From: Entomomonas sp. E2T0
Lineage (GTDB): Bacteria > Pseudomonadota > Gammaproteobacteria > Pseudomonadales > Pseudomonadaceae
Direction of reading: 5' to 3'
DNA length: 64,000 bases
NCBI RefSeq assembly: GCF_025985425.1
Contig: NZ_CP094972.1
Coordinates: 2,963,540 to 3,027,539, forward strand
Under the pieces are notes generated by a model, which saw nothing but the letters and a program-made list of their open reading frames with translations, searched no databases and was not told the origin of the DNA. Shown one piece after another: positions 9,430 through 21,038 of the stretch (position 1 is its first letter; each line of letters opens with the position of its first letter). The position numbers and the translations under genes are program-made.

Positions 9430-10480
9430 GACTAGGAAATGATTCTGCTAACTCACGCCATCCTTTACGCTCTGGAATCCCAGGCCTACGTGGACCAAAC
9501 AGCTGTAATATAATACTGCCACTTGCATCATAAGCTTCTATACTAGTCACGATGCCCTCTGTAGTTGGCCTTCTTACTCGCCACAACTCAGCAACACCTT
9601 CCATTTTAAGGTGTAAATCAAACAGTGGATCTAATACATTAAACCAACCATTAACCCATTTAAGATTTTCCACTAAGCCCGTATGAATCTGCACACAATT
9701 ATCATTGCCCACAAACACCATAATTTTTTGCTTTAGCTTAGATGCTTTTTCAAATACTTCAGGTAATAAATCAATTGCTAGAGACTCAGCCCACTCTTTA
9801 CCTATTAATTTTAAAGCCTGCACCCTACCCAACTTATAATCTTTTAACATGGGTACAAAATGGTGAGTATCTTTTAACTCGGCCCAACTTTTTCGAAATG
9901 CCTCTACATCTAACTGTTGATCAGCAATAGTTGGCTCACTTAATGGTTTTGGTTCTAACTGTAATGTTTGACTTTGTTCTGGATCTTTAAACCTGTCAAT
10001 AAAGGGTGTCCATGCTTCAATATTACTGCCTTCTATCAAATAAACTTTATGAACAGCTACACCCTGTTTATCAAATATTTGAATACTACGCAAAATTCCA
10101 TCTTTAACTATTTTCTCAGGAACTTTATCAACAACTGCAAAGACACTTCCCCAATTACTCATGAGGAAACGTAAGTCAATATCAGGAGAAACAATTAACC
10201 CTACTTTGTTATCTTCTCCTATTGCCGTATCAATATAAGCCCCTTTACGTTCATGTACGCAATACTCATTACGAGTTAATGCCATAATCTGACCAAAGCT
10301 TTCAATAGCTGGCATTAACAATCCCCATTCGGGTAATAATTTGATTGTATCAATGCCAACCCTACTGGCAACAATTTCACCCTCACTAACACCTAGTTGG
10401 TTAGCTGCATCCAATATTCTGAGTTGAGGTTGCGTTTCTTTTAATGAAGACCATTGTTCATACAGTGTTGCAGTTTTCAT
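9416..10480 (-). CDS. hmuS: hemin degrading/transport protein, HemS/ChuS/HmuS family
   Basis: 354-aa protein with the two-repeat HemS/ChuS architecture. First gene of the operon, divergent from the TonB-dependent receptor. Confidence 0.8.
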   Translation of the reverse strand: MKTATLYEQWSSLKETQPQLRILDAANQLGVSEGEIVASRVGIDTIKLLPEWGLLMPAIESFGQIMALTRNEYCVHERKGAYIDTAIGEDNKVGLIVSPDIDLRFLMSNWGSVFAVVDKVPEKIVKDGILRSIQIFDKQGVAVHKVYLIEGSNIEAWTPFIDRFKDPEQSQTLQLEPKPLSEPTIADQQLDVEAFRKSWAELKDTHHFVPMLKDYKLGRVQALKLIGKEWAESLAIDLLPEVFEKASKLKQKIMVFVGNDNCVQIHTGLVENLKWVNGWFNVLDPLFDLHLKMEGVAELWRVRRPTTEGIVTSIEAYDASGSIILQLFGPRRPGIPERKGWRELAESFPSLEDK

Positions 10481-10550
10481 ACTGATATTTCCTAAAAGCT
10501 GTTTTGTTGTTTTAGAAAATACTACCTAAAAACCATTTAAATGTAAATCT

Positions 10551-10570
10551 AAATGATAACTATTTGCATT
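10551..10570. promoter_or_regulatory. candidate Fur box in the divergent hmuS / TonB-receptor promoter region
   Basis: AAATGATAACTATTTGCATT resembles the Fur consensus GATAATGATAATCATTATC (about 12 of 16 core positions). It is centred between the divergent heme uptake genes. Confidence 0.35.
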
Positions 10571-10637
10571 AAGTTTATTATTTATGTAAAGTTTGCCCTC
10601 CTAAAAATAATAGTTAATTTTTTATCAGGGAAAAAAT

Positions 10638-12884
10638 ATGTTCACTTTTAGCAGGTCCCAGTTTAAGAAACATCTATATGTAGCACTAGTTGTACCAAGT
10701 TTAGTAGTGGCAAAAGAATTACCAAAAGAGAACCATTTAACATTACCTACTTTACAAATCAGTGAAAAACTAGAAGACCAACCTCCCCCTAATGTCTCTT
10801 CTATTCAAAATAAAACCCTTGACCAACGTTTCATTAGAAACTTTGAAGATTTAGCTAAAAGAGCTGAACCAGGGATTAATTTCAATAGAACTAACCAAAG
10901 TATTAATATCCGCGGTTTAGAAAAAGACAGGGTTCTTACCACAGTTGATGGAATACGCCTTCCTTACTTAGATGATCGTATTCGTGGTGAAAAGGGTGGT
11001 GTTGATAGTATTGATTTTAATACTTTATCAAGATTAGATATTATTCGTGGTTCCAATGGCTCACAATCAGGCTCTGGTAGTTTAGGGGGCTCTGTTAATC
11101 TTTATACCCTAAGCCCTGAAGACTTACTTACCAAAGATAAAAATTATGGTGCCCTTTTTAAAACCGACTATGACTCTAGTGATCAAAGTTATGGACTTAA
11201 TATGGCCGTGGCAGGCCGCTTCTCAAATACTTCAGTACTTATTCAAGCAGGTAAGCGTCATGGTCATGAGCTTGATAACAAAGGCCATAGCAACTTATAT
11301 GGAAATCAACGCACTACTCCTGAACCTACAGATACTAAACAAGAGAACTTTCTACTAAAAGTAAAACAGGATTTAGGTTCTGGTCATCAAATTGGCCTTA
11401 CAGGTGAACAATTCACAAAAACTAAAGATATAGATTTACGTACCAGTCAAGGTACAACTTATGCAATAGATAATAATGACAGTAGAGAAATTGTTAAACG
11501 ACAACGAATTTCTGCTGATTATAAATATCGTACAACCTCCAATGATAGCTGGTTAGATGAAGCTGATGCTGTTCTTTATTGGCAACATGCAGAACGAGGT
11601 AATAAGCAACAAGCCTATCGTAACAGCAGACCTATTGGTAACTACATGCGCCATAACCAACTACAAAAAGAAATGTATGGTACTGCAGGTAGTATTAGTA
11701 AGATTTTCAACCAAGGAAATATTGATCAAAAAATAACCATAGGTGGCGAATGGTATCAGTTAAATGCTAAACAAACAGCTAGTGGTTACGATAACTGCCC
11801 TGTATTTACCTCTGTGCCATCACCTTGGGATCCTAATTTTGCTCTTTATATGGCCTGTAGCTCATTACATACCAATCAATCAGATATGCCTAAAACACAT
11901 GGTCAACAATGGGCTGTTTATTTAGCTGATGAAATTAGTTTTGCTAATGAAAAAATAACAGTAACGCCTGCTATTCGTTATGATTATTACAAACATACGC
12001 CACAAAATACTAAAGACTATGTGGCTGGTAATGTACTTAATCAAAACACCAGTAGTTCAAATAAAGATTCAAAAGTATCAGGTAGTCTTACCATTAAGTG
12101 GCAATTAGCTGATCAGCTAACAGCCTATGCTCGCTGGTCACAAGGATTTAAAGCGCCAGACCCTACAGAGTTGTATATGAACTATATCAACACAGGTGTA
12201 GGTTATGCCACATTAGGCAATGCTAAGTTAAAACCAGAAGAAAGTAACAATTTCGAATTAGGTGCAAATTTAGGTAATGAACAACTAGGTGGCTCAGTTA
12301 ATTTATTCTATTCCAAATATAAGAACTTCATTGATAGTATTACTGTTGATAATAGTACAATGCAAAGTTTAGGACTTGATCCAAGCACCTATCGTTATGG
12401 AGTCGATCGTTGGGAAAATCGCAGCAAAGTGCATATTTATGGTGCAGAAGCAACTGCCCACTGGCAATTTGCCAACAATTGGAAAGTTTGGAGTTCAGCA
12501 GCTTGGGCTGTAGGTAAAGATCAACAAACACATCAATATCTAAACTCTATTGCACCACTAACAGGAATCATAGGATTAAACTACCAACGTGATAATTGGG
12601 GTGGTGATATTATGATGACCAGTGCAGCAAGAAGAAACAAAGTCGAAAATGATGCTGACTTCAAAGCACCTGGTTATGGTGTTGTAGATTTAACAGCCTA
12701 CTGGCAACCATCAGCTGTTAAAGGACTGCGTTTACAAGCTGGCGTATTCAACTTAATGGATAAAAAATATTGGAATGCTTTAAATATTCCTGATTCAAGT
12801 GGTATGCCTACATCCCTACAACCTTATGACTACTATAGCGAACCAGGTAGAAACTTTAGGGTAGCAGCCACTTATCAATTCTAA
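10638..12884 (+). CDS. TonB-dependent outer-membrane heme/hemoglobin receptor
   Basis: 748 aa with a signal peptide, a plug and a 22-strand barrel. It ends with the terminal aromatic (…RVAATYQF). Divergent from hmuSTUV. Confidence 0.85.
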   Translation: MFTFSRSQFKKHLYVALVVPSLVVAKELPKENHLTLPTLQISEKLEDQPPPNVSSIQNKTLDQRFIRNFEDLAKRAEPGINFNRTNQSINIRGLEKDRVLTTVDGIRLPYLDDRIRGEKGGVDSIDFNTLSRLDIIRGSNGSQSGSGSLGGSVNLYTLSPEDLLTKDKNYGALFKTDYDSSDQSYGLNMAVAGRFSNTSVLIQAGKRHGHELDNKGHSNLYGNQRTTPEPTDTKQENFLLKVKQDLGSGHQIGLTGEQFTKTKDIDLRTSQGTTYAIDNNDSREIVKRQRISADYKYRTTSNDSWLDEADAVLYWQHAERGNKQQAYRNSRPIGNYMRHNQLQKEMYGTAGSISKIFNQGNIDQKITIGGEWYQLNAKQTASGYDNCPVFTSVPSPWDPNFALYMACSSLHTNQSDMPKTHGQQWAVYLADEISFANEKITVTPAIRYDYYKHTPQNTKDYVAGNVLNQNTSSSNKDSKVSGSLTIKWQLADQLTAYARWSQGFKAPDPTELYMNYINTGVGYATLGNAKLKPEESNNFELGANLGNEQLGGSVNLFYSKYKNFIDSITVDNSTMQSLGLDPSTYRYGVDRWENRSKVHIYGAEATAHWQFANNWKVWSSAAWAVGKDQQTHQYLNSIAPLTGIIGLNYQRDNWGGDIMMTSAARRNKVENDADFKAPGYGVVDLTAYWQPSAVKGLRLQAGVFNLMDKKYWNALNIPDSSGMPTSLQPYDYYSEPGRNFRVAATYQF

Positions 12885-12891
12885 GTTTTAA

Positions 12892-12918
12892 TAGATTCTG
12901 TTTTAAAAACAGAATCTA
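12892..12918 (+). terminator. intrinsic-terminator-like hairpin after the TonB receptor gene
   Basis: Perfect inverted repeat TAGATTCTG-ttttaaaaa-CAGAATCTA lying 8 nt after the stop codon. Confidence 0.5.
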
Positions 12919-13024
12919 TTACTTTATAGCTGTTGCTATATACTCATATTTCAATATAAAGCATAGAGTTAATAACGGCTCCTTGTTACAATATCACTTT
13001 TAATAGCTTAACGAGTTAACTACC

Positions 13025-13381
13025 TTGGAATTATTTAAAGAATTTACATTTGAAGCAGCCCACCGTTTACCCCACGTCCCAGAAGGGCATAAATGTGGAC
13101 GCTTACATGGACACTCTTTTAAAGTCATCCTCTATGTTCAAGGTGAGGTTGATCCTAAAATGGGTTGGATAAAAGACTTTGCTGAAATAAAGGCTATTTT
13201 TAAACCTATTTATGAACAACTGGATCATAATTATCTTAATGACATTGCAGGTTTAGAAAATCCTACCAGTGAAAATTTAGCCATTTGGATTTGGCAACAG
13301 CTAAAACCACTACTACCTGAACTCTCTAAAATTTGTATCAGAGAAACTTGCACCAGCGGCTGTGAATACATTGGTAATTAA
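13025..13381 (+). CDS. queD: 6-carboxy-5,6,7,8-tetrahydropterin synthase QueD
   Basis: (M)[31 protein letters not shown] matches the QueD Cys-His-His zinc motif. An apparent TTG start follows an in-frame TAA. Confidence 0.85.
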   Translation: MELFKEFTFEAAHRLPHVPEGHKCGRLHGHSFKVILYVQGEVDPKMGWIKDFAEIKAIFKPIYEQLDHNYLNDIAGLENPTSENLAIWIWQQLKPLLPELSKICIRETCTSGCEYIGN

Positions 13382-13534
13382 CTTATAGATAAAGGGTTTA
13401 GAATCGATTTAAATATTATCTATAACAGAACGTACTATATCTTTTGATATTATTTTTTGTTTTAATCCAACGCTTAAACATAGTTTTCTACAAATTATAA
13501 CTGCTTGTACTACTAATACTGGTCTAACTTCACT

Positions 13535-15250
13535 ATGCGTTTCCACAACACCCTACTTTTTACTTTAGTTAGCTACTCAACAGTATTAGTAGCTAACCAA
13601 ATTAGTGTAGAGGTTATACCAGAAAATAAAGCCATTAAAGATAATATTGAAGCCTACATTGGTACTTTTGAAGACCAAGATACACCTACTCTATTACGTC
13701 TGCAAACTGTTGTAAAAAAACAAGCGATAGAGGCTACTCAAGCACTTGGTTACTATGATACTCAAGTACATACAAGGGTAAGAGGCAAAAAAACTAATCA
13801 CCCTACCCTGAAAATAAAGGTTTTATTAGGTGATCCTGTTTATTTAAGAAATGTAAATATTGATATACAAGGCGATGCGGCTACGCTTAAAGAATTTAAA
13901 ATACCCAGTGGCCAAGACTTAACAACAGGCGCCATCTTAAATCATGGTGTCTATGAAGGTGCAAAATCACAAATCAAAGCACAAGCCTTACACTATGGTT
14001 TCTTTTTTGGTGAATTTACTCAACATCAACTATTGATTAATCCAGAAGAAAAAAGAGCTGATATCAATATTAAATACCAAAGTGGCCCTCGAGCAACACT
14101 AGGAAAAGTTACGTTCAGTAGAGAAGATAACCCCTTTGATGAAGACTTACTATACCGTTTTGTAAATTTTAAAGAAGGGACTCCTTACAATTCAAACCTA
14201 ATTGCTGAACTCAATAATAACCTACAATCTAGTGGTTATTTTGAAGATGTACGGATTGATGCCATCCCTACTGACAAAGAACATACTGAACTGCCTGTTA
14301 CTGCCCAAGTTAAAGCAACTAAATCAAGAGTATTAAGTATGGGACTCGGTTTTTCTACAGATATTGGACCGAGAACACAATTTGGCTGGGAACGCCCATG
14401 GATTAACAGCAGGGGCCATAAACTAGGTTTTAATACAGAAGTTTCAGGGCCTAGACAAAATATTACCACATGGTATCAAATCCCCATGGAAGACCCATTA
14501 ACTGACAATGTACGTTTTACTGCCGGTTTACAACATGAAGATATTGTAGACACTGAAAGTACCTTGTTAACCTTAGGAGTAGAACGTAACAAGAAACTTG
14601 ATAGCGGTTGGATGCGTACACTCTTTTTACGTTGGCAAAATGAAACCTATAAAGTAGGTGAAGAAGATGCTACTCGTATGTTTCTAATGCCTGGCTTTAA
14701 TTACTCTTATCTAAGATCTGATAATAGTATTGATCCATCTAAAGGTTATCGGTTGCAATTTGGTTTATCTGGTGGCAAAGAAGGTCTCTTATCTGCTGCC
14801 GATTTTATTCGTTACACTGGTTCAGCAAAAGGTCTTTACACCTTTGCTGATAAGCATCGTTTTTTAAGCCGTATTGAAGTAGGCGGAATCGATAGCCCAA
14901 ACTATGAAAAAATACCGCCCTCATTACGTTTCTATGCAGGTGGTGACCAGAGCGTTCGTGGTTATGACTATCAAACACTCTCACCCAGAGATGATGATCA
15001 CAAAAAGATAGGTGGCCGCTATATGATCGCTGGTAGCATGGAATATCAATATCAATTTGCTGAAAAATGGCGCGCAGCTACCTTTATTGATAAAGGTAAT
15101 GCTGGTGACTCATGGACAATGGGCCTAAAAACAGGGGTAGGTGTAGGTATACGTTGGGTATCGCCTGTTGGCCCTATTCGAGTGGATATTGCCCATGGTG
15201 TTGAAGATAACTCGGTTAGACTCCACTTTTCAATGGGGCCTGAATTATGA
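13535..15250 (+). CDS. tamA: translocation and assembly module outer-membrane protein TamA (Omp85 family)
   Basis: 571 aa with POTRA-like repeats and an Omp85 barrel. Immediately followed by tamB with a 4-nt overlap. Confidence 0.85.
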   Translation: MRFHNTLLFTLVSYSTVLVANQISVEVIPENKAIKDNIEAYIGTFEDQDTPTLLRLQTVVKKQAIEATQALGYYDTQVHTRVRGKKTNHPTLKIKVLLGDPVYLRNVNIDIQGDAATLKEFKIPSGQDLTTGAILNHGVYEGAKSQIKAQALHYGFFFGEFTQHQLLINPEEKRADINIKYQSGPRATLGKVTFSREDNPFDEDLLYRFVNFKEGTPYNSNLIAELNNNLQSSGYFEDVRIDAIPTDKEHTELPVTAQVKATKSRVLSMGLGFSTDIGPRTQFGWERPWINSRGHKLGFNTEVSGPRQNITTWYQIPMEDPLTDNVRFTAGLQHEDIVDTESTLLTLGVERNKKLDSGWMRTLFLRWQNETYKVGEEDATRMFLMPGFNYSYLRSDNSIDPSKGYRLQFGLSGGKEGLLSAADFIRYTGSAKGLYTFADKHRFLSRIEVGGIDSPNYEKIPPSLRFYAGGDQSVRGYDYQTLSPRDDDHKKIGGRYMIAGSMEYQYQFAEKWRAATFIDKGNAGDSWTMGLKTGVGVGIRWVSPVGPIRVDIAHGVEDNSVRLHFSMGPEL

Positions 15251-18200
15251 AGTTAACACGTAAAATAGCAAAATACTTTTTTATCATTTTACTTATTTTA
15301 ATCCTATTGCTTATTGCAGCCCTGTCATTTGCTGTAAAAACCGAGACAGGAAGTCGTTACTTACTTAATATTGTACCCGGTTTAACAATTACCAACCCTC
15401 AAGGTACATTGAGTGGAGGCTGGTCAGCAGAACAATTAGTTTGGCAAAATGATGGTATTAAAGTAACTATTAACCATCCTATCCTTGATTGGTATGCGAG
15501 CTGTCTGGTTAAAGCTAATGTGTGTATTGATAAACTTAGTGTTGAACAATTAAATATTAAACTACTAGATAATAAAGACACTGCCTCTAATGAGTCAGCC
15601 AGTGATGAACCTATACAATTACCTACCATCCATTTGCCTGTCAGCATTGATATTAAAACTATTCAACTGGATAAATTAATACTTGATAACCAAGAAATCA
15701 TTAGTCAAACCTTATTAACTAATACCCATTGGAGTAATGCTAGTGTAAGTTTTGAATCATTGACGTTATATAGTGCTCAAGCAAAAGCTAATATAGCTTT
15801 ACAAGGTAATATTCAATTAGCGGACAATTGGCCACTGAATATTGCAGGGCAGTTACAGTTGGATCAATTACTTGAAACACCTTGGCAAATTAAACTGAAT
15901 GCCCAAGGTGAACTACAAAAACAATTAAATTTAGCCATCGAAAGCAGTGGCTATCTACAAGCCAAGATCAATGGTTCTGCACATGTTTTAGAAAAAGATT
16001 TACCTGCTGATATAACTGTAAATATTAATGACTTCTTTCCTAGTAATGTTGCGGACTTACCCAAAAGCCTAACTATCAAGCAGTTAAACCTCAACGCGAA
16101 AGGTGATTTAGCGAAAGGATTTAGTATTACAAGCCATGCAACACTCGCAGGGCAAACAACCCCTGTAAACGTAACCTTACAAAGTTTAGTAACAGATAAA
16201 CAAGCAGAACTACAAACACTTACTCTCAATACCACAGAACAACAGTTTGTAAAAATCACTGGCCAAGCTAATTTTCAGCCTAGCCTACAAGCGAAAGCTA
16301 CTATTGATTACCAACATTTTCCTTGGCAACAGTTATATCCACTAGAATCCTCGCCTCCTGTTGATCTAAGTACATTACTAGCAAACCTACAATATCAAAA
16401 CAATAACTATCAAGCGGATATCAAAGCTGCCTTAACGGGGCCGGCTGGTAATTTTGCTGTCACCTCGAAATTACTAGGTGACTTAAAACAGATTACCCTT
16501 GAAACATTACAAGTAGATACACCAGATAATGGCAATATCACAGGCAAAGCAAAAGTAACATTTGATCCTACTATTACATGGCTAGCTGATCTTAATCTAA
16601 AAGCAATTAATCCAAACTATTGGGTACCAGATTTAATAGGACTATTAAATGGTAATATTCATAGTACAGGTACGATAGTAAATAGTGCCATAGAAACAGA
16701 TAGTAAAATTGATATTACAGGGACTTTACGTAATCAGCCTACTCAAATTAAAACTCAAGTTTTAGCCAAACAGCAAATATGGAAAATTCCTGAGCTACTG
16801 GTAAAAGTAGGAAATAATCAGATTACAGGACATGCTGAACTTAACAAAAATATCCAAGCTAACTTAGATATTAATATGCCTTCACTCAACCAACTTTTAC
16901 CAGAATTAGCGGGTAATTTAAGAGGCAAAGCCCAACTTGCAGGTAGCTTACAACAACCACAAGGCAGTGTTAACTTAACAGGACAAAAATTAGCTTATCA
17001 ACAACAACGCATTAACCAATTGCAACTAACTGCCAATTTAAATGCTCAACAACAAGCCACTGTCAAACTACAAGCAAATCATATTAGATCAGGTACTACC
17101 CAGTTAGGTAATTTAATTATAGAGGGTAATGGTAATATCAATAATCAACAACTAACATTACAGTTAACAGATGGACTGGTTAAACTAATAACTGCTATAA
17201 AAAGTCAGCAAGACAAACAACATAATTGGATTGTTGATATTAATAAATTACAGTTAGCCTCGCAAGGTCAAGACTGGCAGCTACAAAGCCCAACTAAACT
17301 ACATTATAGTGCCGTAGGCGCGCTTACTCTTGACAGTCATTGTCTACAAAATGGTCAGGCAACCCTTTGCGCCATTGAGCAACAAAAATTACTGCCAGAG
17401 ACACAAATTAACTATAAGTTAGCTAATTTCCCTTTAGACAGTTTAAAACCTTGGTATCCTGAAAATTTCAATTGGAAAGGTATTCTTGCAGCTAACATTG
17501 TATTAAAACTGCCACAATCTGGTCCTACTGGAAAAATTGAAATAAATGCTAATAGTGGTACTTTCCAACTGAGAGAAAACTCTGAAGAAAGTTGGCATGA
17601 CCTACCCTACCAAAAACTTTCATTATTAGCAGATTTAACACCAAGCAAAATCACCTCACATTTAGACTTTATAGGTGGCAACTTAGGTAGCTTAAAAAGC
17701 CAACTTACCATCAATCCATTAGCAGCTAATAAACCGATTGCTGGTGATTTCTCTATTAATGGCTTAGATATAAGTATCTTCCAACCCTTTGCTCCTGATA
17801 TTAATCAACTCGAAGGTAAAATTAATGGCCAAGGCAAAATCACAGGATTCTTAGAGAAACCCTATGTATCAGGTAAAGTAACACTAAATAATGGCACGGT
17901 ATTAGGTGATATACCTGTTAGCTTAGAACAACTGCAAGTAAATGCTCTAATTGAAGGCGAAAGCCTTAAACTTGATGGTTCGTGGCGTAGTGGTCAACAA
18001 GGTAATGCAAAACTTAATGGCAATGTTAATTGGGGTAATGGCCTTAATATCAATATGGCTGTGCAAGCCAATAATTTACCTGTCATTGTAGCGCCTTATG
18101 CTAATTTAGAAGCAGGCGCTAATCTAAAATTACAGATGGATACTGAAACCTTAAATGTTAGTGGTACTGTTCAAATTCCTAGAGGTGCTATTAAAGTTAG

Positions 18201-18972
18201 GGATCTCCCTCCCTCTACAGTAACCATTTCTTCTGATGCAGTCATTGTTAGTAGTACACAATCTACTGAAACTAAAGCACCTATTCGCTTAAATATGGAT
18301 GTTGAAGTGCTTATTGGAAGTGATCGCCTTAGTTTTCAAGGCTTTGGTCTAACATCTAATATTACAGGTAACTTAAAAATTACCAGAGACTTATTTACAC
18401 AAGGCTCTGTTAATCTCAATGATGGTATTTATCGTGCTTATGGACAACGTCTAAAAATTAGCAAAGCCAGAATTTTATTTACTGGTTCACTCACAGAACC
18501 CACTTTAGATATCGAAGCAATAAGAGAGGTTGGTGATGTAACAGCGGGTATACGTGTAACAGGCCCAACCAGTGAGCCTACAGCTAAAGTATTCTCCAAT
18601 CCACCGATGAATCAAGATCAAGCGTTATCTTATATTATATTTGGTCGCCCCATGTCATCAGGTGATAATAATGTACTCGCCCAAGCAGCACTTGCTATGG
18701 GGGTAGCAGGTTCTTCAGAATCAGTTGCAAATGTTGCAAGTAAAGTAGGTATTCAAGATTTCCAACTTGATACAGAAGGCTCTGGAGATGATACCAGCAT
18801 TACAGCAAGTGGTAAAATTACAGAAGACTTAAGTATTCACTATGGCGTTAATATTTTTAACTCGCTTAATACTTTAATGTTCCGTTATAAACTTACTAAA
18901 ACAGTTTATTTAGAAGCAGCTAGTGGTGCTGCAAGTTCATTAGATATTTTCTATAAGAAAAGTTTTAAATAA
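15247..18972 (+). CDS. tamB: translocation and assembly module inner-membrane protein TamB
   Basis: 1241 aa with an N-terminal signal-anchor, a long beta-rich repetitive body and a conserved C-terminal DUF490-like segment (…SPTAKVFSNPPMNQDQALSYIIFGRP…). Confidence 0.85.
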   Translation: MKLTRKIAKYFFIILLILILLLIAALSFAVKTETGSRYLLNIVPGLTITNPQGTLSGGWSAEQLVWQNDGIKVTINHPILDWYASCLVKANVCIDKLSVEQLNIKLLDNKDTASNESASDEPIQLPTIHLPVSIDIKTIQLDKLILDNQEIISQTLLTNTHWSNASVSFESLTLYSAQAKANIALQGNIQLADNWPLNIAGQLQLDQLLETPWQIKLNAQGELQKQLNLAIESSGYLQAKINGSAHVLEKDLPADITVNINDFFPSNVADLPKSLTIKQLNLNAKGDLAKGFSITSHATLAGQTTPVNVTLQSLVTDKQAELQTLTLNTTEQQFVKITGQANFQPSLQAKATIDYQHFPWQQLYPLESSPPVDLSTLLANLQYQNNNYQADIKAALTGPAGNFAVTSKLLGDLKQITLETLQVDTPDNGNITGKAKVTFDPTITWLADLNLKAINPNYWVPDLIGLLNGNIHSTGTIVNSAIETDSKIDITGTLRNQPTQIKTQVLAKQQIWKIPELLVKVGNNQITGHAELNKNIQANLDINMPSLNQLLPELAGNLRGKAQLAGSLQQPQGSVNLTGQKLAYQQQRINQLQLTANLNAQQQATVKLQANHIRSGTTQLGNLIIEGNGNINNQQLTLQLTDGLVKLITAIKSQQDKQHNWIVDINKLQLASQGQDWQLQSPTKLHYSAVGALTLDSHCLQNGQATLCAIEQQKLLPETQINYKLANFPLDSLKPWYPENFNWKGILAANIVLKLPQSGPTGKIEINANSGTFQLRENSEESWHDLPYQKLSLLADLTPSKITSHLDFIGGNLGSLKSQLTINPLAANKPIAGDFSINGLDISIFQPFAPDINQLEGKINGQGKITGFLEKPYVSGKVTLNNGTVLGDIPVSLEQLQVNALIEGESLKLDGSWRSGQQGNAKLNGNVNWGNGLNINMAVQANNLPVIVAPYANLEAGANLKLQMDTETLNVSGTVQIPRGAIKVRDLPPSTVTISSDAVIVSSTQSTETKAPIRLNMDVEVLIGSDRLSFQGFGLTSNITGNLKITRDLFTQGSVNLNDGIYRAYGQRLKISKARILFTGSLTEPTLDIEAIREVGDVTAGIRVTGPTSEPTAKVFSNPPMNQDQALSYIIFGRPMSSGDNNVLAQAALAMGVAGSSESVANVASKVGIQDFQLDTEGSGDDTSITASGKITEDLSIHYGVNIFNSLNTLMFRYKLTKTVYLEAASGAASSLDIFYKKSFK

Positions 18973-18976
18973 TTAT

Positions 18977-19016
18977 ATAGCTGTTACTATTTAATTTTAG
19001 ATAAAGCAACTTGCTG
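18977..19016. repeat. 40-bp intergenic repeat, copy 2 (between convergent tamB and glpK)
   Basis: TATAGCTGTTACTATTTAATTTTAGATAAAGCAACTTGCT. A shorter relative, TATAGCTGTTGCTATAT, occurs at 12917-12933 after the TonB-receptor terminator. Confidence 0.5.
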
Positions 19017-19072
19017 AATACAGTACAACCAGTACTGCAAAGTAAATCAACACAAAAGTTAAATGGTAATAG

Positions 19073-20560
19073 CTATACGCCCGTACGCACGCGTTTAATG
19101 GCCTCTAACCATCCATGATAGAGTTGTTGGCGTTTTTCAACAGGCATTACAGGATCAAAGCGACGTTGTAAATGCCAATAGCCAGCTATTTCATCTAAAC
19201 TCTTATAAAGTCCTGCTTGTAAACCCACTAACCAAGCCACACCTAAAGCAGTAGTTTCACTCACTTCAGGACGCTCTACGGTAATATCCAATATATCAGC
19301 TAAGAACTGCATTAACCAGTTATTAACTACCATACCACCATCTACACGTAAAGTAGTTAAGGGACTGGTGCTATCTTGTTGCATAGCCAATAATAAATCA
19401 CATGTTTGATAACACACCGATTCTAGGCCAGCTGTCACAATCTCTTGAATGCCTGTATCTCTGGTTAAACCAAAAATAGCTCCCCTAGCCTTTGGATCCC
19501 AATAAGGGGCACCTAACCCTGTAAAAGCAGGAACTAAATACACACCTCGTGTATCAAGGGTTGCTTGCGCTATTAATTCTGCATCTGCGGCATTATCAAA
19601 TAAACGTAAACCATCACGTAACCATTGCACTGTAGCGCCAGCCACAAAAATACTACCCTCTACTGCATAAGTTGGTTTACCTTGTAAACGGTAAGCAATG
19701 GTAGTCAGTAAACGATTAGTAGAAGCAACGGGGTCATCCCCCGTATTTTTAATCATAAAACAGCCAGTACCATAAGTACTTTTGACCATACCCTCTTTAA
19801 AGCAAGCTTGCCCAATTAAAGCAGCTTGTTGATCCCCTGCTATACCTAAAATTGGAATACTAGTAGCAAATAAATCTTGTTTTGTGTTACCAAACTCTGC
19901 GGCACAGTCTAATACTTTTGGTAGCAATGATTCAGGAATATTAAATAACTCTAATAACTGTTTATCCCATTGTTGGGTATGAATATTGAATAACATGGTA
20001 CGCGCGGCATTAGTAGCATCTGTATAGTGCGACTCTCCTCCCGTTAAATGCCATAACAGAAAACTATCTACTGTACCAAAACGTAATTCACCTTTATTAG
20101 CTTTTTCTCTAGCATCAGCAACATTATCTAGTATCCAACGTAACTTAGTTGCTGAAAAATAAGGATCTATTAATAAACCTGTGGCAGCCATTATTTGCTG
20201 TTCATAACCCTGCTCTTTTAACTCACTACAATAGTCAGCGGTACGGCGATCTTGCCAAACAATAGCAGGATAAATGGTCTTACCTGTTGCAGCATCCCAA
20301 ACAATGGTTGTTTCACGTTGGTTAGTAATACCAATACCAACAATAGCATCACTTGTTAGTTTTGCTTGCTCTAAAGCTTGTTTACACAGGGCTAATGTTG
20401 TTTGCCAGATTTCTTGTGGATCATGCTCAACCCAGCCATCATCAGGAAAGGATTGGGTAATATTCTGTTGCGCTGTAGTGACTGGCTGACCTAACTGATT
20501 AAAGATAATAACTCGGCTACTTGTCGTTCCCTGATCAATCGCTAAAATATAGCGGGACAT
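19073..20560 (-). CDS. glpK: glycerol kinase
   Basis: [20 protein letters not shown]… with FGGY-family motifs throughout. 495 aa. Confidence 0.9.
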   Translation of the reverse strand: MSRYILAIDQGTTSSRVIIFNQLGQPVTTAQQNITQSFPDDGWVEHDPQEIWQTTLALCKQALEQAKLTSDAIVGIGITNQRETTIVWDAATGKTIYPAIVWQDRRTADYCSELKEQGYEQQIMAATGLLIDPYFSATKLRWILDNVADAREKANKGELRFGTVDSFLLWHLTGGESHYTDATNAARTMLFNIHTQQWDKQLLELFNIPESLLPKVLDCAAEFGNTKQDLFATSIPILGIAGDQQAALIGQACFKEGMVKSTYGTGCFMIKNTGDDPVASTNRLLTTIAYRLQGKPTYAVEGSIFVAGATVQWLRDGLRLFDNAADAELIAQATLDTRGVYLVPAFTGLGAPYWDPKARGAIFGLTRDTGIQEIVTAGLESVCYQTCDLLLAMQQDSTSPLTTLRVDGGMVVNNWLMQFLADILDITVERPEVSETTALGVAWLVGLQAGLYKSLDEIAGYWHLQRRFDPVMPVEKRQQLYHGWLEAIKRVRTGV

Positions 20561-21036
20561 TACTCTTTACCTTTACCAATAGGCGCAAATTGAGCTTTTA
20601 ATAACTCAGCCAAATCCTTTGGTGCTAAAGCTATATCTAACCCTCTACGACCACCACTTACATAGATCATATCTAACTTTTCTGCTGAATCATCTATAAC
20701 AGTTACTAAGCGTTTTTTTTGTCCCAATGGGCTAATACCACCTACTAAATAACCAGTTACTCTTTGTGCCACCTCAGGGTTCGCCATTTCTACTTTTTTA
20801 GCACCCACAGCATGCGCTATTTCTTTTAAATCAAGCTTCTTTAAAACAGGCACAACACCTACAAATAGTTCTTTTTTATCATTAGTCACCAACAATGTTT
20901 TAAAAATATTCTCTGCTGGTACACCTAATTTTTCAGCTGCTTCTAAACCATAAGACTCAGCCTGCGGATCATGTTCATAGGTAACCACTTGATGGTTTAC
21001 CTTTTGTTTCTTTAATAATGCAATAGCAGGTGTCAT
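20560..21036 (-). CDS. ybaK: Cys-tRNA(Pro)/Cys-tRNA(Cys) deacylase YbaK
   Basis: 158-aa YbaK/ProX-type deacylase fold (…[11 protein letters not shown]…). Overlaps the glpK start by 1 nt. Confidence 0.75.
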   Translation of the reverse strand: MTPAIALLKKQKVNHQVVTYEHDPQAESYGLEAAEKLGVPAENIFKTLLVTNDKKELFVGVVPVLKKLDLKEIAHAVGAKKVEMANPEVAQRVTGYLVGGISPLGQKKRLVTVIDDSAEKLDMIYVSGGRRGLDIALAPKDLAELLKAQFAPIGKGKE

Positions 21037-21038
21037 TA

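Noticed and set aside
19017-19072. Hairpin CAGTAC-aacca-GTACTG (19028-19046) as the tamB/glpK bidirectional terminator
   Set aside because: The stem is only 6 bp and no flanking T-run is present. The adjacent 40-bp repeat is the more notable element, so this hairpin is not annotated as a terminator.
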